From Fonticula alba ATCC 38817 (Eukaryota > Protista > Nucleariida), in NCBI GenBank assembly GCA_000388065.2, contig KB932209.1: DNA of 64,000 nt; one strand, 5' to 3'. Positions within the stretch are counted from its first letter, which is position 1; each line of letters opens with the position of its first letter. Below the pieces are notes generated by a model. That model worked only from the letters and a program-made list of their open reading frames with translations, had not been told where the DNA came from and made no database searches. Made by a program: the position numbers and the translations under genes. Below, piece by piece: positions 58,501 to 64,000 of the stretch.

Positions 58501-61500
58501 CTGGTCCCGTCCCCTGGTGCGTGTTCACGTTTGTTGCCTTTCCCTCCACCCGCCCTCTTCGCCACCGCGTCTCATCAGCTGACTTTGCGCGCTTGTGTGC
58601 ACTCCGCTTGTGTTCATTTGTTTGTCCATCCCGTCCCCCGGCCCCCTTTCCTTGATGCATCGCCACAGAGCCTGCTCCGGCCATGATGGCCAGCCTTTCG
58701 CAGCCGCCCGTCAGCGGCCAGGAGCCCATCAGCATGCAGGAGCAGACCAATGTCCCGGAGCACACAAGCACCCCGGAGCCGGTCAGCAACCGGCGTAGCC
58801 TCTTCGGCAAGCTGGATCGTTTTCTGAATCGCTCATCAGACTCGACGCCCCCGAGCGGGGCCTCCTCTTCATCCGGCCCGGTGAGCCCATCCCCCGGTGC
58901 TTTGAAGCGCCACTCGAGCATCCTCCGGGTGTCATCATCCAACCCACCTGCCTTTACTGTACGCACTCATTTCCCTCTTTCCGCCCTCTCCCCCTTTCCC
59001 CCCTTCTCTCCCTCTCCCTGTCTCTTTGGCTTAGGGGCCCATCGACTCGGCTCATATTGACATGCATTTCGCACAGCTGATCCCCGATCCCACCCCGGAG
59101 ATGGTCCCGTCTCCGACTCCGGCTCCGGCTCCCCTTCCAGCCGCGGCTCCGGCCTCGACGCCGGCAGCCGATCGTCGTCCTGATTTGACGATCGACATCC
59201 CGGGTGGATCATCGGCCACCCCACCCGTCCGGCCTCTGTCAAAGCACCCGCAGCCTTCGCAGTCGTCTGCACACCTCCCGGCACGGAATCTTGCGGGGCC
59301 AATTCCCGCCCATGAGCCCGAGCACACATTGGCGCATGGCTGCCTGCCAGGGCCGCCGCTTCCGGGGACTTCCATTCCGACGGATCTGTCGCTGGAATAT
59401 GCCTTGACGATGGCCGGGTCCGGGTGTGCTTTCGACCCGAATTCCCACTTTTGGTACAGTTGCGGATTGAGCAGTCTGGATCCGCCGGGCCTCGGGCGTC
59501 AGGCCACCGCGGCATTATTGACCCTGCCGCCGGGGGTTGGGCCGGCTGCCCCGGCCGGCCCGCACTCCCTGGCTCCGTGCAACATCTGTCTTTCGTGCGA
59601 TGAGCGCTGGTCCCGGATCCTGGAGTCGGTCTCCCTGCCCGACAGCTGGACCAAGCTGGTCGGGTCGGAGCGCGTGGCTGAGTTGGGGCTGCCGATGACC
59701 GAGCACAAGCGCCAGGAGGCCATCTATGAGCTGCTCTTCACGGAGTTGCTCTTCACCGGCGACATGTCGCTCATGCGGAATGTGGCCCGCATGGCGGTGG
59801 GCGGCTGCCCGGGAGCTCACTCGGAGGTGCTGGCCCCGCATTTCTACCAGCCCCTGGTGACCTCCTCGCTGTTGAAGATCACCCCCCGGACGCGGCGGTT
59901 GTCGTTGACCCTGTCGGCGTCGGCCGCGGCGGCCGGGCACTCGCCCCTCCCCCCGGCCTCCCCGACATCCAAGCGTGCCTCCATCCATGTGTCCGGCTCG
60001 ACGGACTCCCTTCTGGCAAGCCCCGGGGCTGGGTCCGGCAATTATCTCTCCTCGCTAGAGCAGCAGAGTCAGCAGGCAGCTTCGTCACCATCGGCCGGCT
60101 TCTCCGGCCTTCGGTCCCCGTCGGCCACCGAAACCGAGCTGATGGCCGGCCAGCCGTGCTCCTGTCCATTGCCGCATCTGCCCCGGGTGGATGGGGCCTT
60201 CCAATTCGGTCGCCGAGCCGAGGAGATGGTCGCCTCGCCGGCTGCCACAAGCGCCGCCCATGCTTCCGGGGATTCTCCCGGCCCGGCGCGTGGGCTCCCC
60301 ACCACGGCCTATCAGCCGGGCCTGCTGACGCAGCAGGAGGCCGCCTCGCTGTTCGGCACTTCGGCCGCTCTGCTGGACCTCTCTCGGCGGGTGTCAATGG
60401 CTCTGCTGAGCAGTGGGCTCGGTCATCCGACCGCGCCGGTCCAGAGCATCGGCCCGGTGCTGGCCTCGCTGGTGCGTGCATTATTGGGACACCGGCGCCT
60501 GCACTTGCCGCCCTTCTCCATGTCTCCCCTCCTCCTCTTCTCTCTCTCTCTCTCTCGGGCCCTGGTTGCCTGCTGTCATGGCGGACTCACCATCTTCCTC
60601 TATCCCCCTCCCCCCTCCTGTTCCTTCCGCATCACGCAGGTCCCCCATCTTCGGACGTTTGCCAATTACTGCCGGAATCACCCGATCGCCCTGGAGAAGT
60701 TCAATCACCTTCAGTCCTCGAAGCGTCTGTACCGGCGCTTCTTTGAAAGCCTGGCCACTGTCACCCCCGAGGCACCCGGGGCCGAAGTGGCCCGGCGAAG
60801 CTTTGTCGCCGGGTCGGCCCAATCGAGTCCGCGCACGCCGGCCGACGGATCCCAGGACTTCGACCCGTTTGGCAGCACCCCCGGAGACCGGACGCCGCGG
60901 GCGCGCTCGACCTCCGCCCCGCTTGCCGGGCTCCGGAAGAAGCCCCTTGACATCCCGACCCTGCTGATCAAGCCGGTCCAGCGCATCTGCCGGTATCCGC
61001 TGCTTCTCAAGGTGCGTGAAGTCCCCTTCCTCTGGCTCCCCATCTGTGCATGGGGGTTCCGACTCGTTGACGCGCCCGGGCTGACCCTTCTCTGGATGGC
61101 GGTTTTTCCCTTGTACAGGAGATTATCAAGAACACGCCGGAGGGCCATCCGGACCATGCCTCCCTGTCTGCCACCCTGGCATCGGTGGAGGAAATCGTGG
61201 CCGAGATCAACATGAATGCCACGGCCCCCATGGGAGCCGGCGGTGCGTCTTCCTCCGGCACCGGGCATCGGGCCAGTGCTTCGCTGGTGGGATCTCCCAC
61301 GCGTGCGCCATCCCGGCCATGCCGGGTCCTTGTTTGTGAGGGCCTGATTGGGGCCGATGCCGATCCCAGTGCCCAGCTTCGCTTCCTGGAGGTATGTCCC
61401 CGGCTTCGGCCGGCCCTCCCTGTTGTCGGTCCATTTTGCCTGCTTGAGCTGCTTCCTGACGGGTTTCCCGGTGTGCCACTCTTCGCCAGCGCACGGGCTT

Positions 61501-63781
61501 GCAAACCGGCTCGCGGCGCTTCATCCGCGGGGATACGGTTCTCATGCTGACGCCGGCCGCCGATGCCCCGGCCGCTGGGGCGGCCGGCTTCCTGGCCGGG
61601 GATCTGGAGGACTCATCTCGCTGGCGTGTCAAGGCCTTCCACATGCTGATGCTCGGAGAACTTGTGATCCTGGCCTCGCGCGAGAAGAATGCCTGGGAAA
61701 GTAACCGGGCCGCATCTGCCGGAATTGGGTCGTCCTCGTCGCTGACCGGTGGCAGCGGTCCTGCTGGTGGCAATGGCGCCGGCTCGGCCGGGAGCATGTC
61801 GAGCACAGGGTCCGGCGCCTCGGCCGCCTTGCTTGGGAGCAAGGACCTGCGCCTGTCGCACATGTACTACAGCTGGTCGACGGCGGTGGCGGAATTCGCC
61901 CCGCCCGGGTGGCTGCTCGGCAGCGACCTGGTGACCGAAGATCTGGCATCTGGCATTGTGCCCGGCTTGCATGGGCTCCTGCTGGCCGACCTGCAGCAGG
62001 GGTCCATTCACCGGTTGGTCTTTTGCTCGGTGCTCGGGGCCGGTACCGGCCCCGGGAGCCCGTCCATGCTGGGAACCTCGCCCGGATCGATGGGAGGCAT
62101 GGCCGGTGCCTTTGGCGCTGGCGCTCCGGTGCGCAACTACGCCGAGAATGCCAGCCTCTCGGGGATGGCCTCCGTGCAGGCGTGGCTGAAGCACCTCCGC
62201 AAGTCGGCACCCGGTGGGACGAACGTCAGTGGCACCGGGTCCGGGGCCGGGAGCCGGCCCCTGGCCGTCCCTCTGGTGGACCTGCCCGGGGGCCAGCGCG
62301 CATCGCTGGTCAGCAGCTCCCGGCAGGAGACCCTGGTGACACAGGTGGCCACTCCGGCGGTTGGGTTCATCGCCGAGAAGGCGGCCTCGGCCGTGGCGTC
62401 CGGTGACTGGCCCGCCGGCCAGTCGCCCACCAGCACCCAGCGTGCCCTTTCTCATATGCTCGGCTTCCCGGCCTTCTTTGCGGTGGTCCAGCCGCGGGCT
62501 CCGGCCTCCGAGGCTGTCTCGCCGCAAATGGTCCCGGCGGTGCTCTTCCCGCCGAATGGCGTGGGCGCCGGCTCGCCCACCTCCTCCTTCTCCAACCTGT
62601 ATTTGGCCGGCGGAGCCGCCGGGGCCACCCCCACCGGCAGTGCCCTCTCCAACTCCAACTCCTCGCTGGTGGGCTCGCCGAACTACGGGGCTGGCGCCGG
62701 TGGCAGTGGGTCTTCCTCGTCGCTGCTGGCATCACCGGTCGCCGGGGCCGGGATGGTCCCATCTCCCAGCCCGGCAGCCCGGCGGACCTCCTCCGACTCG
62801 TCGCAGGGGCTGGCGGCCTCCTTGTCGGACTTGGCGATGAGTGGCGACTCGGATGCGTCCGGTGATCTGGCTCCGGCCAGCAGCGCACTGGATCTGGTTC
62901 GAGCCCTGTCCCGGCGTGGGGCCAATCGCCTGCGGTCGGCGAGCTTCTCGCGCCGGTACTCCCCGGTCCCGGGGACCATTGCCACCACCGGCGGGGCCGC
63001 TGCCGGCGGCGAGTTGGGCAGCCCTGGGCGACCGCCCGCGGCCAGCACCCCGGCCTCGCCGCTGGCCACGGCCCCGCCGGTGGTCCTGCTGGATCCGGTT
63101 GAGGACACCCTGCTGGCGTATGAGGCCCTGTCTTTGCCGCCGCCGCCTTCCTCGGCGCCGAGCCATGTGACTGGCGCCCCTCCCGCCGGCGGGCGTTCTG
63201 CCGTGGCCGAGGTCGAGCCGGCATCGCACTTGCCGCCACTCTCGCGCCCGGGCTCCGTGGTCGGGAGTGCTGCCTCCCTTCACCCGCGGCCGGCGGATCC
63301 CATGATCGACTTGCCGGACGAATCGGAACTCATCGGCACCACGATCACAACCCCGCCTCTGACACCGACCAGCTTGGCGGCGGTCGTCGAGTCGCTGGCC
63401 GCGGCGCAGGCCGCCACACAGGCCGCCGCCGCGGCCGTTGCTGCGGCGGCCATTGCCACAGCCGCCCCCGGTTCCGAGATCCCAGACTCGCAGGAGCCGG
63501 AGCCGGGCCCCGGGCGGCCGGGGCCCTTGACCGCCATCACCCCCCCTCCTGGGGCCGGTAAGCCTCCCTCCGGCACTGGCACCGTGGGGGGATCTCCTCT
63601 CGATGACGAGACCAAGCTCCCAGTGACCAGCCTGACTGTGCTGGCGTCGGATTCCGACTACGATCTCACATCGACCTTCAGTGATGACGACTCGGACACC
63701 CTCTCCACCGACTGCAGCTCCGACCTCTCGGACTCCCTCTCCCTCTCGGACTCGGATTCCGACAGCAGCACTGACCTCTAG
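55503..63781 (+). CDS. Dbl-family RhoGEF with probable N-terminal calponin-homology domain, DH and PH domains; ~10 exons
   Basis: Exons 55503-55811, 55938-56055, 56164-56438, 56611-58211, ~58344-58516, 58669-58958, 59077-60471, 60640-61011, 61119-61391, 61490-63781. DH motifs: KRQEAIYELLFTE, FANYCRNHP.A, LLIKPVQRICRYPLLLK|EIIKNTPEGHPDH...A....E.....IN. PH start GSRRFIRGD and strand FHMLMLGELVILAS. Confidence 0.9.
56959..57042 (+). repeat. 12-bp coding tandem repeat, (EPAV)x7, in the RhoGEF linker
   Basis: GAGCC[G/T]GCCGTC repeated seven times in frame. Confidence 0.95.
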
Positions 63782-64000
63782 AGGTGTCCACCTTCCCCTG
63801 TCCTTGATTGCACACATGGCCAGCCCGGCTGCCTCGTCACTTTCCCCTCCTTCTCCTGGCGTTCCGCCCCCGCTCTTCCCTCTGTGGTGGTGCCGTCATC
63901 GCAGAAGGGGACCTGGGCGTCGGCCAGGCGCGCGTGTTTTTTGGTCCTTGATGTTGTGTGTGTGTGTGTGTGTGTATGTATGTGCACGGCGCGCCCTGCG

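Noticed and set aside
1-64000. CRISPR arrays, transposases, rRNA or tRNA genes, telomeric arrays
   Set aside because: No repeat-spacer arrays, DDE or RT motifs, rRNA signatures, cloverleaf/T-loop patterns or TTAGGG arrays were seen on manual reading. A tRNAscan/Infernal run would be needed to exclude small RNAs fully.

Overview
Eukaryotic nuclear DNA that is GC-rich, gene-dense and intron-rich. Microsatellites and poly-C/poly-G runs fill many introns, and there are eight N gaps. The base composition, low-complexity protein insertions and opisthokont-like gene set suggest a basal holomycotan such as Fonticula; this is inference, not verified. I can support 11 protein-coding genes, 10 of them spliced within the CDS. 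In order: classical protein-tyrosine phosphatase (+), divergent cohesin SMC1 (-), IscA/ISA1 Fe-S assembly protein (-), RBM28/Nop4 (-), mitochondrial ribosomal protein uL2m (-), Dopey/DOP1 (+), MOB2-like (-), UFD2/UBE4 U-box ligase (+), a C2H2 + PFG-repeat + RanBP2-zinc-finger putative nucleoporin (-), an NSUN3/4-like m5C methyltransferase (+), and a CH-DH-PH RhoGEF (+). I did not recognise any rRNA, tRNA, CRISPR array or transposase. The most notable points are: (1) a foreign coding exon inside IscA intron 1, probably a misplaced contig; (2) the unusual nucleoporin-like architecture; (3) the Vav/PIX/Cdc24-like GEF; (4) a near-universal GTRCGY 5' splice-site consensus. No multi-gene novel system is evident. 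Exon boundaries were derived by hand from GT-AG sites and reading-frame continuity.
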